Source: an uncultured Acidobacteriota bacterium
GTDB taxonomy: Bacteria > Acidobacteriota > Blastocatellia > RBC074
Length of the DNA stretch: 64,000 bases
NCBI GenBank assembly: GCA_963796275.1
Contig: CAWCKY010000006.1
Span: 2,656,001-2,720,000, forward strand
Reading direction: 5' to 3'
The position numbers and the translations under genes were made by a program. This document shows positions 23,101-34,615 of the stretch, in pieces. The notes beneath the pieces are model-generated. The model saw only the letters and a list, made by a program, of their open reading frames with translations. It was not told where the DNA came from and made no database searches. Each line of letters opens with the position of its first letter. Positions within the stretch are counted from its first letter, which is position 1.

Positions 23101-26100
23101 TTAAAAGTTCAGCTTCAACCCCATCACGATGCGACGCGAATCGCGCGCCGTCGTGTATGCGCCGAAGCGAGCGTTGGTCTGCTCGCCGGTATTGGGATTG
23201 AACCGCGCGGTCGTATCAACATCCAGGAATTGCGTATGGTTGAACGCGTTGTACATTTCCAACCGGTACTGCATCGACACCCCCTTTTCGCCGCCGATCC
23301 GGAAGTTCTTGAAGACTGAGATGTCCCAGTTGTTGATGCCGGGGCCGCGAATCGGGTCTTTCGGAGCGTTGCCGATGCCGAACTCGGCCCGGCTCGGCAT
23401 TCTCACCACAGTTGTGTCGAAGTGGCGCGTCGGCGTTCGTTGATCCTTGGGGAGGTTGGGATCGCCGGCGAGCACGACCCGGCTGTCGAGACCGGCGCCC
23501 GAGCCGCCGACGAGATCGGCGCCCGGCGACAGGTTATACCCGATGCCGAGCGGCGCCCCGCTGCTGAATGACGTTATGCCCGACATCTCCCAGCCGTCAA
23601 AGACGGTGCGCGTAAGAGCGTTGTCCCAATATTTGTTCAGGCCGGGAACTTTGTAGACATAGTTGAATGTGAAGATGTGCGTGCGATCGAAGCCCGCCTT
23701 GCCGTAGTTGCGAATTCGCGGGTCGATGAACGGATTGATATTATTGTTATTGCCGTCCACCTGATTCATCGCCTTCGACCAGGTGTAGCTCAGACCGAAC
23801 GCCAGGCTGGTCGTGAAGCGGCGATTAGTCTGTACCTGTAGCGAGTGATAGTTCGAGTTGCCGGCGAACTCGATCATGTTGATGTCGCCGTAGCCTTTGT
23901 ATGGACGAAGGAAGTTATCGGGCAGCGGCGTCGCGCCGCCTGCGACGGTCGAGTCAATGCTCGACGGATTGAACCGCGCACCGTAGGGAACCGAGTTGAT
24001 GCTGCGCCGCTGTAGCAGGTGACGTGCCAGCGACCCGACGTAGGCCACGTCGAGCACGGTGTTGAATCCGATGTCGCGTTGGACGCCAAGGCTGAAGTTG
24101 TAGACAGCCGGCGAATCAAAGTCAGTCTGAATAGAGAAGACACCCGGCGGGCTGACGCTCATATTCCCTTGCCCTGGAGTCGAGAACAGCGCGCTGATCG
24201 TCGTAAAATTCGCTGTCGCCGTGATCACATTCGGAGGTAATTCAACGAGCTGCAATACCTGGTCGTCGTTGAAACGATCGTAAAAAATTCCGACTCCGCC
24301 GCGGAGACTCGTCTTGCCGTCACCGAAGACGTCAAACGCGAAACCAACGCGCGGGCCAAAGTTGATTCCTGGCGAATCGAGAACTCCGTCTTTCACAACG
24401 TTCATTCCCTGGAATGGCGTACCTGTACCGGCCGTATATGTGCCGATTTTAACAGCCTGGAGCGTTTCGCCCGTGACTGGATTGATCCCGCAACGTCTAG
24501 CCCCGAGAGGGCAGGGAATAGCGGAGGACGAAAGATGTGGCTCGATCAACCGGGGTTGCTGTGATGCGTTGTACGACTGCGGGTCAAAGTAGGCAAGATT
24601 ATCGCCCGCGCTTATCGTTGGTTGGATGTAATAGAAACGCATGCCGTAATCGAGTGTCAGTCGTTTGTTTACCTTCCAGTTGTCCTGCAAAAACCATTCG
24701 ACGTTCTTGTAGCGGGCGTGGCCATTCAGCTTGCCGTTCGCTTCGGTGTAGGAATCGACCACGCCGGTCAGCGCATTGGCGAACGGATGCCCTGTGTTGA
24801 GCGGGTTGTTGACGTTGTTGTCGAAGCTGAACGTGCCGTTGAAGGCCGCCGTGCGGGCCGCGTTGCGCGTGGTGTACTCCAGGTAGAATCCCGCCTTCAG
24901 ATTGTGCGATCCCCAGATCTTAGAGAGGTTGTCCGACCAGTTCCAGATGTTGTTGGTTCCGAAGAAGGGGAAGCGCTGCTCGATGTTGAGTTGGGGCGCG
25001 TTCTGGATGACGCCGGCGAAAGTAGCGTTCGGGATCAGGTTCAACGGGTTGATCGACGGATTAAACTGCGGCAGCTCCAGGCCGAGCTTGACCCGGTCGT
25101 TCTTGTCAATGCCGCCCTGGTTGAGCGGATTGACCGTCTGCAGCGCGCGGTTGATGCCGAAGGTCAGCTCGTTGGTGAGCGTCGGGGTGAAGGTGTGAAT
25201 CAATGTGCTCACCAGGCCCCGGCTATCGATTTGATAATTGATCGGGAATTGCGGCCAGACATTCGACGCGAGCACGAAATTGAAATCGCCCTTGAACGCT
25301 TCGTAATTCTGGATGCCACGCGCATAGAAGGTCGTCTTCGAGCCGATGTTCCAATCCATGCGCAAAATCTCTTCGCGGCGCGGCTGGTCGACCGAGCTCT
25401 GGAAGACGGTGTTGAAATTGGCGCCCGCCGTGTTGGGCAGACGGGAAGATGTTGAGCAGCTTCTGCCCGTTCGGGTCGATCTGGTTGATCGGAATAATGT
25501 TCAGTCCTTGAGGGTTGTTGGGTGTCGCGCGCGAGGGATCGCGGAACTGCTGGCCCGTGCTCGGATCGCGGATCACGGTCGAACTTTGCGAGAAATCGCC
25601 GTTGCGTTCGGCCTGCGTCGGAAAAGTCAGATTACCGATGCGCGTCGGATAGCGACGCGGCAGATATTCCTGCGACCAGAAGAAGAACAGCTTGTCTCGG
25701 TTTTTGTTGAAGCCCGTTCCCGGAATAATCACCGGCCCGCCGATATGGCCGCCCCAGTAATTGAACCGGTAATTCGGCTTTGCCAGTCCGTCGCGATTAT
25801 TGAAAAAGCCATTCGCGTTGAACTGCTCGTGGCGTTTGAAATAGAAGCCGCCACCGTGGAAGTCGCGCGTGCCGTTCTTGATGACCACGTTGATCGTGCC
25901 GCCGCTGCTGCGGCCATATTCGGCCTGATAATTGGTCAGCAGGACTTTGATTTCGCCGATGGCGTCGAGTCCCGGCGCGAGATATGGCCCCTGCTGCGAA
26001 CCGGTGTCGAGGCTCGACACGCCGTCGAGCGTCAAATTGAGCGTGCCGGCGCGCGAACCGTTGACGGTGACCCCGACCAGGTTATTCCAGCCGGGCGCTT

Positions 26101-26620
26101 CGCGGTTGGCCGTATCCACCACGCCGGGCAGTAATCGCACCAGCCCCATATAATCGCGCCCTTTGAGCGCGATGTTTTGTATCTGTTCCTCGCTGATCAA
26201 GCCGGCGCGTTCGGCGCTGTTGGTCTGCACCAGGGCCGCGTCGGCGGTGACGGTGACGGTTTGGTTGACATCGCCGACTTCGAGTGTGATGCGCCGCACC
26301 GCGACGCGGTCATTCGCCGTGAGGATGATGCCTTTTTGCTCAAAGCGTTTGAATCCGCTCGCCGTGACGACAATGTTGTAAGTCCCGGATAGCAATTGCG
26401 GCACAACGAAATTGCCCTCGCTGTCACTACTCACGGTGACCATGCGAGCAGTCTCTTCGTTGATGACTTCGATTTTGGCATTGGGCACAACACTACCATT
26501 GGGATCGGTGAGTATGCCGGAGATTTGCCCGGTCAGTCCTTGTGCGTTCACACTCTGGCAGTAACAAACGAACGCAAGGAAGAGCATAAAGAATTTGATC
26601 CTGTTTGTGCTGGGGGACAT
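23101..26620 (-). CDS. Oar-like TonB-dependent receptor with carboxypeptidase-regulatory N-domain (one frameshift near 25440)
   Basis: Signal peptide, GRDYMGL, YQAEYGRSSGG, FLQDNWKV, FGPRVGFAFD, C-terminal MGLKLNF; one extra base joins ORFs 25223-26620 and 23101-25365. Confidence 0.92.
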
Positions 26621-26793
26621 AGTGACTCCTAACTTTGGTGAATGGGTTGATGGTTATGCACGCACACCTCGCCACGCTAGTAGGCCGAAGCAAGACGCAC
26701 CTATTCGCCTCCTCCACTTCACCTGAAATTCGAAAGCGCCGGAGCTGATTTGCAGGGACAGCTGCCAGCCTCTTTAGCGATGGTTTTTTCTGG

Positions 26794-26829
26794 AGAAAAG
26801 ACCCGCCGGGCCCATCTGCTCCGGCGGGC
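26794..26829 (-). terminator. Intrinsic terminator-like hairpin between the two TBDR genes
   Basis: CCCGCCGG-loop-CCGGCGGG followed by TCTTTTCT on the minus strand, 30 nt after the stop. Confidence 0.6.
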
Positions 26830-26857
26830 AATTACTTCAGGCATCTGATAAGCGATA

Positions 26858-29800
26858 TCACCAAATGAATTTAGCCCCGAGCTGGTTGATGCGTGCAGGT
26901 CGGGCGCTCAGTATCTGACCGAATTGCGGAGAGGTGATATCTACCTCCGTCTCAAAGAACTGCGTGTGGTTGAAAGCATTGAACGATTCCAGCCTGAACT
27001 GAAGGCGCAGCCGCTCCGAAAGTATAAAGTTCTTGAAGAGAGAGAGGTCGAAATTGCTGATACCGGGCGCACGCAGGATGTTGCGGCCCGAATCGCCGGC
27101 GATGCCGAACGCCGGTTGTGCGAACGCAGCTTTATTGAACCACGAATCGACCGTGCCGGTCCGGCCGCTCTTCGGATCGCCGACGAGGTTCGCCCGGTTG
27201 GTCCCAAAACTATCAAGGAGGTTGCCCAAATCGGCTGCTGTAATTGAGAGCGGGAATCCTCTTTGAAACGTGGCGATTCCGTTCATCTGCCATCCGCCGA
27301 TGATCACATCCGCTGCTTTACTGACGCCGCTCCCCCAACGTTTGCCGCGTCCGAATGGCAAATCATAGACGAAGCTGGTCACCAGACGGTGGTCAACGTC
27401 AAAGTCCGATCGACCGCGATCACGCTGCGGATCGTGGTTGTCCAAAAAGCCCTGGAAGCCGTTAAAGATCGACCCGCCGATGCCGGCAGCAGCGGACTTG
27501 GTGTCGAGGCTCTTCGCCCACGTATAAGCCATCGCCAGCGCCAGTGTAGCGGAGCGGCGTTCGAGCTTGACATTCATCGCGTTGTAGATCGAATTGCCTG
27601 ACCAGTCGCTGTCGATGTAGGTGCCGAAATTGGGATAGGGTTTGCGGGCCACCACCGAGTTGCGTGGATCATCCAGCGGAATGCTCAGGTCAGGCAGCAG
27701 CGCCTGCGCGATGTTGCGGCGCATCAGCAGGTGCGTGCCCTTGTTGCCGATGTAGTTCACCTCGAAGGTCGTGTCCTTGAGGATTTCACGCTGCACCGAG
27801 AGCGACCACTGCTGGACGTAAGGATATTCCGGCGTCGCCGACGATATGACAGCGATGAAGCTGTTCGCGCCCGCTGTCACCGGGCCCGCTGGGAAACTTG
27901 GGAACAAGCGATCGGTCGTCTGAAGCTCCGGGGTGGTGATAAATTGATTGTAATTGCCCCGGCTTACATACGGGTATATGTCCGCCGAACCGTCGATCTC
28001 ACGCCCTTCGGCGGAATCGTAGAAGAGGCCGTAACCGCCGCGGATCACGGTCTTCTCGAAGGGGCGGAAGGCGAATCCGAAACGCGGTGCGAAGACCTTC
28101 TTCGGCGCATCCGCCGGATTGCGCCGGCCGGCATAATTGTAAAAGCTACCGTCGCCGATGATCCCCCTGTCGATCAGAGAACTATCCGCCACCATCATTC
28201 CGCCTCGCGGGTTGGAGACGTCCAGCCAGCCGAAATGGTTGTTGGTCTCGTTAGGCGCTGTGCGGAAGTCCCAGCGCACCCCCAGGTTCAAAGTGAGCCG
28301 CGGATTCACTTTCCAGTCGTCCTGAATGTACGGGGCGACATACTTGAAGTTGTACTGGCGCGCATTACCCGCAGCATCGGGATTGCTGAACGCAGACGGC
28401 TGAAAGACGCTGGCGCCGGAATAGTAGCCGAGCAGGAAATCCGCGATCGGGTGGCCGGTGAAACTACCGCTGAAGGTGAAATCACCGAGAAAATCGGCCG
28501 CCAGGTCTCGATTGAGCTGCCACTGACGATAATTCACTCCGATGTTTAAGGTGTGGGAACCACGAAGCAAGGTTGTAGTGTTGCTGACGTCCCACATGGG
28601 CTGGTAGCTGGTGGTGTAGTCATTGACCGCGCCCCCGGCACGCGAGAATCCTCCGGCGGAAAAGAAGATGCCGGGATACCCGCGTTGCAGATCACTTAAG
28701 GTATCGGTGAAGACGCCGTTCAGCCCCAGCGCTGCGATATCGGCAGGATTGGCCGGCACGCCATTCTGGTTGGCAGTGGCGGTGATACGACCGAAGCGAA
28801 ACTGATTGACCAGCTTAGCGCTGATGGGCCACGAGTGCGAGAGCTGCCAGTTCTGCGATTTCTGAATGAAGAAGGTATCTCCAACCGGCGACACACTATT
28901 GAAATTGGTCCTGGTAAAGTCTGCCTTCGTGAAGCGCCCGAAGACCGTGCCCCATTTCCCCAGATTCTGGTCGCCCCGGACGGTCAACTGATCCGTGTCG
29001 GTCGGCAGGGTCCGGTTCAAAACATAGTTGCCCTGGGAAAGGTTGGAATTGGGGGTGGGGAAAAATTGCGCGCGCGCCAGAATGGCCAGACGCGAAAAAC
29101 GTTCCCGCGGAATGGTGTTGTTGTTCGGAAAAGGCGTGTTCGTCAACGGATCGATGATCGTGGTGGCTCCGAACTGGCCGTCCAACTGCTGGGAAGTCGG
29201 AACATTGAAAAAGGTCTGGGCGCCACTGCGGATGCGCCATCCTTCGTAGTTGACCAGCCAGAATGTTCGGTCGCGCCCGTTGTAGAGTTTCGGGATCCAA
29301 ACCGGGCCGCCCGCGACGAAGCCGTACTGATTCTGCCGCAGCTTCGATTTGGGAGCTCCGGCCAGATTGTTGAAGTAGCCGTTGGCATCGAGCGCATCAT
29401 TGCGGCCAAACCAGAAGGCCGTCCCGTGCAGATCATTCGTCCCGGTCTTGCTGACGATGTTGATCTGGTTGGCGCTGAAACCGAACTCCGCCGAATAGGT
29501 GGCGGTCTGTTCTTTGAACTCCTGGATAGCATCTACCGACAGGACTACCGCCGGAGTGCCGAGGGCCGTATCCGTGTTCGAGGTGCCGTCGAGCATGTAG
29601 TTGTTCGAGGTCGGACGCGACCCGTTGATGCTGATGGCTTGGCCAGCGCCTGCCCGCATCTGGCCCTGCTCGCCGGTGGTCTCGACGGTCCCGCCGTTCA
29701 GAAACAGCAACTGCAGGAAGTTGCGCCCGTTGAGCGGCAATTGAGTGACCTGCCTCTGCGTGATGACCTGTCCAATAGAAGAGGTCTCGCTGTCGAGCGC

Positions 29801-30175
29801 GACTGCGCCCGATTGCACTTCGAGTACCTCCGTCAGCTCCCCGGTCTGGAGCGTGAAGTCGAGTCGCACGACCTGCTCTACCTGCAACCCCAGACCGGTC
29901 TGCAGGACCGGCTTGAAGCCTTCCTTTTGAATAGATATCCGGTACGTCCCTGGCTGAAGCGATGGAACAGTGAAGTAGCCTTCATCGTTCGATAAGGTCT
30001 CGCGCTTGAACCCGTTGCCTTCGTTGGTGACCGTGACTCTGGCGCCCTGGATGACCGCGCGGCTCTGATCGCTGACGCGGCCGGTGACCTGCGCCGTCTG
30101 ACCAAAGACCGTTGCGCCAAGGGCCAGACAGATCACAACGGCCAACACAATTCTGCTGATGCTGAAAGTCGACAT
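26858..30175 (-). CDS. Oar-like TonB-dependent receptor
   Basis: 1105 aa; LPLNGRNFLQL, DAIQEFK, YSAEFG, YIQDDWKV, APRFGFA, NAFNHTQF, terminal QLGAKFIW. Confidence 0.95.
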   Translation of the reverse strand: MSTFSISRIVLAVVICLALGATVFGQTAQVTGRVSDQSRAVIQGARVTVTNEGNGFKRETLSNDEGYFTVPSLQPGTYRISIQKEGFKPVLQTGLGLQVEQVVRLDFTLQTGELTEVLEVQSGAVALDSETSSIGQVITQRQVTQLPLNGRNFLQLLFLNGGTVETTGEQGQMRAGAGQAISINGSRPTSNNYMLDGTSNTDTALGTPAVVLSVDAIQEFKEQTATYSAEFGFSANQINIVSKTGTNDLHGTAFWFGRNDALDANGYFNNLAGAPKSKLRQNQYGFVAGGPVWIPKLYNGRDRTFWLVNYEGWRIRSGAQTFFNVPTSQQLDGQFGATTIIDPLTNTPFPNNNTIPRERFSRLAILARAQFFPTPNSNLSQGNYVLNRTLPTDTDQLTVRGDQNLGKWGTVFGRFTKADFTRTNFNSVSPVGDTFFIQKSQNWQLSHSWPISAKLVNQFRFGRITATANQNGVPANPADIAALGLNGVFTDTLSDLQRGYPGIFFSAGGFSRAGGAVNDYTTSYQPMWDVSNTTTLLRGSHTLNIGVNYRQWQLNRDLAADFLGDFTFSGSFTGHPIADFLLGYYSGASVFQPSAFSNPDAAGNARQYNFKYVAPYIQDDWKVNPRLTLNLGVRWDFRTAPNETNNHFGWLDVSNPRGGMMVADSSLIDRGIIGDGSFYNYAGRRNPADAPKKVFAPRFGFAFRPFEKTVIRGGYGLFYDSAEGREIDGSADIYPYVSRGNYNQFITTPELQTTDRLFPSFPAGPVTAGANSFIAVISSATPEYPYVQQWSLSVQREILKDTTFEVNYIGNKGTHLLMRRNIAQALLPDLSIPLDDPRNSVVARKPYPNFGTYIDSDWSGNSIYNAMNVKLERRSATLALAMAYTWAKSLDTKSAAAGIGGSIFNGFQGFLDNHDPQRDRGRSDFDVDHRLVTSFVYDLPFGRGKRWGSGVSKAADVIIGGWQMNGIATFQRGFPLSITAADLGNLLDSFGTNRANLVGDPKSGRTGTVDSWFNKAAFAQPAFGIAGDSGRNILRAPGISNFDLSLFKNFILSERLRLQFRLESFNAFNHTQFFETEVDITSPQFGQILSARPARINQLGAKFIW

Positions 30176-30191
30176 GATTGCCCTCCTGTGG

Positions 30192-30273
30192 AAATAGTTT
30201 TCAGTTTTCAGTTGGACGGTCTCGATCGGTAACTGAAAACTAAAAACTAAAAACTAAAAACTGAAAACTATTT
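30192..30273. repeat. Heptamer tandem repeat (GTTTTCA / TRAAAAC) arranged as an inverted repeat
   Basis: Left AAATAGTTTTCAGTTTTCAGTT; right AACTGAAAACTAAAAACTAAAAACTAAAAACTGAAAACTATTT. Confidence 0.85.
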
Positions 30274-30278
30274 TGCTT

Positions 30279-32186
30279 TTACTTGCGAATGTCCTGTTCT
30301 AGCGCCTGAGAGGCGGCATCGAGTTGCGCCAGACCACCTAACATCAGGCTCGCCGCCTGCTCAGGTGAGTCTGCCAGGGGATGCATGGAATCGAACAGGC
30401 GGTAAGCCATATGCTGAGCCTGCTCGATCGATTCGAAGAGTCGCATTATCCGCGCTCTTCGAGTTCCCTCCGCAGGTCGAGGCGAGGAGGCCGCCTCCGC
30501 TCTCGTCCCGGAGATGGCGACGAGCACCGGTTCCAGCTGCACCCGCAGGTTGCGATTTCGCACGCCGATCTCTGATAGATGATCACTGATAATTTCGCGT
30601 AATCGTTCCGCCGCCTCCGCATCGACCTGTTCGTCCACGCTCTCATTGAACCGTTCCGCCAGGCGGCGCAGCGCCCAGCCATTGGTCAGCGCGGCGGAAG
30701 ATTCAGCAAAAACGCCGTTGGCAAGCTGCGTGATCTGGCGGTTGATAGCAGCTCTATTTTTCTGCGTGGGAAGGGCACGTTCGGCGAAATAGTTTGCCAG
30801 CCGCTCCTCAAAATAGTTCATAACGGCAGCGGGTTCGGCGCTCAGGCTCGGCTCCGAAACTGTCTCTGTCGTGGCCGGCGCTTTTACTCTGGCAGGATGG
30901 CCTCCCGATTCGTCAAACGTCCGAATTCGCGCCTCCACCCACGGGATATCTTTGATCGCCGCGATCAGCTCAAGCTTTCGTTCGGGAGTCTCGACCTGGC
31001 CGCGCACTACAATTTGCTCATTCGATTTGCGCGTAACTTCGAGTTGCTCGCCAAGATCGGCCTTTAATCGGTGCAGGGCATAGAGCGCCGCGATCTCGAC
31101 ATTCTGCAATTCGACGGCTGTCGGAAGCGGGCTAACAGAGGGCTTAGGTGAGCTTGGCAATAGAATTCGTCCCGCCGAAGTGGCGGACGAGGGCGTGGTC
31201 TCGACAAAGACAGTGAGTGCCGCCAGCGGCACTACTTCATATGCCGTTTCACTCAGCTCGTAATCGCGTATTTCGTCTTCGCCCCTAACCTTTAGCGTCT
31301 GCGCTATCGGGTGCCAGTCCCGTGCTCGCACCACAAATGATGCTTCAGTGATCTGTCCGGCAGATGGCTTGGCAATCGGCAGCACTCGCAACCTCAGCAT
31401 CTCTCCGTCCCCGGTCTGCAAGCGTGAAACTTCTTCACGTTTCGCAGTCAGCGATTGTCTCCACGCCTGAAACGAAACGGGCGAGAGCGGTTGCTGAGGG
31501 TTCATCCGGTTTGCGCGCAGTACATCAGTTATCTCGGTCAATAGTGCCGCTTCATCCGACTGGCCCGCAGTCTGTTCCTTCGAGCCCTTCACAGATTGTC
31601 GAAAACGCGCATTCACCGTGTCGCACCATAGCTCCCATGTCGCGGTGCGTCCTCCGCGTTTGACCTGCAGCCTCTGATAGATCACGGGCTCCACCCTCGC
31701 GCGCAGTTCCCTCGCCTTGGCCTCGCTCGCCTTCTGTAGAAGTTCGCTCGCCGTAACCACTGGCACACGATCCAACCACGTGAAAAGTGCAACGGCGGCC
31801 AAAGCCACTGTCAGCCCGGCCGTCGTCCAAACCAGCGGACGCGGTAATGCCGCGAGGCGCGAGGCAAAAACACCCCAACTCCAGGGACCATACAGTCGCG
31901 CCAGCCACGACCGGTCACCCAGTTGATCCTTCAGTCCTTGCAATCGCCCCATAAACTTTTGCTCGTTTGAGGGCGGCAGCGCAGTTAAGGGACACAACAC
32001 CAGGTCGCGGTATTCGATAAAGGTGAAGACCGCCTCCTGCACCCGGTCTGCATTCATCCGGCACGACCAGCAGGCGGTCAAATGTGCCTGTACCAGCGCG
32101 GCCTCCTTCGAGGGAAGTTCGCCGTCCAGATAGAGCAACAGCGTCCCTTCCGCCGGATGGCCTTTATTTTCATCCCAGCATCTCAT
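30279..32186 (-). CDS. zf-HC2 (ZAS) anti-sigma factor with single TM and large periplasmic domain
   Basis: HP...LLLYLDGEL...HLTACWSC (HxxxCxxC), TM around aa 118-137; directly downstream of an ECF sigma. Confidence 0.88.
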   Translation of the reverse strand: MRCWDENKGHPAEGTLLLYLDGELPSKEAALVQAHLTACWSCRMNADRVQEAVFTFIEYRDLVLCPLTALPPSNEQKFMGRLQGLKDQLGDRSWLARLYGPWSWGVFASRLAALPRPLVWTTAGLTVALAAVALFTWLDRVPVVTASELLQKASEAKARELRARVEPVIYQRLQVKRGGRTATWELWCDTVNARFRQSVKGSKEQTAGQSDEAALLTEITDVLRANRMNPQQPLSPVSFQAWRQSLTAKREEVSRLQTGDGEMLRLRVLPIAKPSAGQITEASFVVRARDWHPIAQTLKVRGEDEIRDYELSETAYEVVPLAALTVFVETTPSSATSAGRILLPSSPKPSVSPLPTAVELQNVEIAALYALHRLKADLGEQLEVTRKSNEQIVVRGQVETPERKLELIAAIKDIPWVEARIRTFDESGGHPARVKAPATTETVSEPSLSAEPAAVMNYFEERLANYFAERALPTQKNRAAINRQITQLANGVFAESSAALTNGWALRRLAERFNESVDEQVDAEAAERLREIISDHLSEIGVRNRNLRVQLEPVLVAISGTRAEAASSPRPAEGTRRARIMRLFESIEQAQHMAYRLFDSMHPLADSPEQAASLMLGGLAQLDAASQALEQDIRK

Positions 32187-32190
32187 TTCA

Positions 32191-32790
32191 TTACTCCGTA
32201 TGAATCTTCATCAATTTACGCAAAGCTCGCTGTAAAAATTCGCCTACCGTTGACGTCCCGACGCCGAGTATCTCGCCGATCTCGCGGTAACGCAGCCCCT
32301 CAGCGCGCAAGAGCAGACATTGCCGTTCCTGCGGCGATAACCACTGCAACGCCGAATGCAGGCGTTCAAGCCGCTCGCGCTGCAATGCGCGCTGTTCGGG
32401 ATTGAGTGACGGGTCAGGCAGTACAGAGCAGATTTCGTCCCACGTCGGCGCATCGAGCCGCGCCAATCGCTGATGCCGCTGCCGCTCGTCAAAGGCCAGA
32501 TTATGCGCGACACGGAAGACCCAGACCCGCACATTCTCGACCGGGCGACCTCGATGCAGATGGGAGTACAGACGCAAAAAAACCTCCTGCGTTAGATCGT
32601 CAGCGGCGGAAGCGTCACCGAGAAAAGCCATCAGGTAGTAATATACCGGTAACCGTAGCGCCAGAAATATTCGCGTAACTCGCTGCTCAAGCGTCTCGTT
32701 CTCCTGCACAAGGGGAATCCCCTCTAGTTCCAGGCACAGTTCACCCTTCACATCCTCACGGGAATTCCGGTTGAAATATCGAAGTGCCAT
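32191..32790 (-). CDS. ECF sigma-70 factor
   Basis: DDLTQEVFLRL, WVFRVAHNLA, LSPQERQCLLLRAEGLRYREIGEILGV. Confidence 0.95.
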   Translation of the reverse strand: MALRYFNRNSREDVKGELCLELEGIPLVQENETLEQRVTRIFLALRLPVYYYLMAFLGDASAADDLTQEVFLRLYSHLHRGRPVENVRVWVFRVAHNLAFDERQRHQRLARLDAPTWDEICSVLPDPSLNPEQRALQRERLERLHSALQWLSPQERQCLLLRAEGLRYREIGEILGVGTSTVGEFLQRALRKLMKIHTE

Positions 32791-33033
32791 CTCTGTGCCT
32801 TAAACGATTCAGATTGGAATTAAGACTGCTATATACAAAGACTGCCGGATCGGATTTTTAACGACACCTCTATAAAAAAGAGAGCGATTTTTTTGAAGTG
32901 GTTTCGGGGGTGTTATGAATTGTTCTAATTCTGGGATAGTCGGGACAAGGTTTAATACGGTGGCATTCTTTCAAAACTATAGATTCGCCCGGAGCGTTTG
33001 CAGAGCTGTCTATGACAAAAATTCGATTCTTCC

Positions 33034-33340
33034 TTATGTACTTGCAGTTAAGCTCGGGGGCCTGTTGGATTTCAGAAAATGGACTTCGATGGCCGGTGTC
33101 TGCGACATCATCAACATCGGGTATTGATGATAGTTAGATTGCGCCACGCGGCCATCTTTGAAGGATATTTCCTGGAAGGATATTTCCTGCAATGAAATCT
33201 GCCAGAAGCAATGCAGGGGCCGCCATGCGACCGCCTTGTGCCAGCGCCGCCGCCTTTGGATTCAGGCCGAGCATGAACCCGCCACCGGCCAGCGCAGAGA
33301 CGCGAAGAAAATTGCGACGATTAAGATTCGTCTTTGCCAT
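33034..33340 (-). pseudogene. Second molybdopterin-subunit gene (iorB-like) reduced to fused 5' and 3' ends
   Basis: Tat signal LNRRNFLRVSALAGGGFMLG joined to QEISFKDGRVAQSNYHQYPML...IEVHFLKSN; 15-bp tandem duplication GAAGGATATTTCCTG at 33160-33189. Confidence 0.85.
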
Positions 33341-33349
33341 GAATCCGCC

Positions 33350-34604
33350 TTATCTGCCCTTCACGTCATAGCATGTCAGTTCATTCTGATTGCGGATGTA
33401 AAGCTTGCCGCCGATGATCACCGGATGCGCCCAGCTATCCCAGCCCCGGTCATTGATCGGGAAGCGGCCTTTCTCGACGTAGGCATTCGGATTGGCTTCG
33501 GCCAGCCCCACCAGTTGTTTTTCGCCGAGCAGGTACAACATCCCGTCCGCGTAACCGATCGAGCCTTTACCGACGCTGCGGTCTTTCCACATCACTTTGC
33601 CAGTGTTGAATTCGATGCAGGTCAGAATCGCATTGGAGAAACCGTAGAGATATCCATTCACCAAAACCATTCCGCCGTGATGATTCATCATCTCTTTCGT
33701 GAAGTAGGCTTCTTCCGCTTTGACCTCGCCGTTCTGCGCCGTCAGGTTAAGCAAGGCTCCGCCCGTTCCGTACGCCGACGAGAAAAAGACTTTGTTGTCG
33801 GCGAAGATCGGCGTCGTGCAATTGGCGACGCGATTGGCGACGTTGGCGTAGCGCCACATCAGCTTGCCATCGCTGGCGCGCACGCCGACTGCCGCGGTTG
33901 AAGTGAAGTTGACGTAGCTGCGCACGCCGCCCACTTCCGCGATGATGCAGGAGGCATAGCCCGCCGGATCGCTCAACTCTTTTGTGCGCCAGATTTCCGC
34001 GCCGGTCATTTTGTCCAGCGCCACAATGCCTGCGTTGCTGCCGCCGGGCGAAACAATCAAACGATTGCCGTCTACCAGCGGCGATTCGCTGATCAGCCAT
34101 TTTGGGTTGCTGGCCGCCATACTCTTTCAGAATGTTTTTGCTCCACACGCGCGAGCCGTCGCGCTCGCGCAAGCAAGCCAGATCGCCGTTTTCGGTCAGC
34201 ACATAAAGTCTGTCTCCATCCAGCGTCGGGGTGGCGCGTGGGCCGTTTCCCTTGTCCTGATCTACCTTCGCCCCGAACGCGACTGACCAGATCGTCTTGC
34301 CATCGGCGCGGTTCAAACAGAAGACAGCGCTCTTGGCCTCGCCCGCCGCCTCGCTCGTTCCCTGCACATAAATGCGATCCCCTCTGAGGGACGGGGAGCC
34401 GTAGCCTTCGCCGAGATTCGCGATTGACCAGGTCACAGCAGGCCCTTTCTCAGGCCATTGCTTGAGCAGCCCAGTCTCACTCGATAATCCATTGCGCAGC
34501 GGGCCACGCCACTGCGGCCAATCGGCTGCGGGCGCGGTACTGCCTAGCTTGATAGTCAGCAAAGCGAAACCGCAGATCAGCATAAACGAAAATAAAACCT
34601 TCAT
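33350..34604 (-). CDS. PQQ-binding-like beta-propeller repeat protein (frameshift near 34113)
   Basis: Signal peptide, ADWPQWRGP, GPRATP, ESPLVDG, GYAS, WAHPVI...LYIRNQNELTCYD. Confidence 0.88.
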
Positions 34605-34615
34605 AGACTCTCTCC

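Noticed and set aside
30231-30273. CRISPR-like repeat
   Set aside because: 7-bp tandem units without spacers; no cas genes. No CRISPR array seen anywhere in the window.
33350-34604. PQQ-dependent dehydrogenase or BamB
   Set aside because: Matches the generic ADWPQWRGP propeller family; no catalytic PQQ-enzyme motifs or lipoprotein signal.
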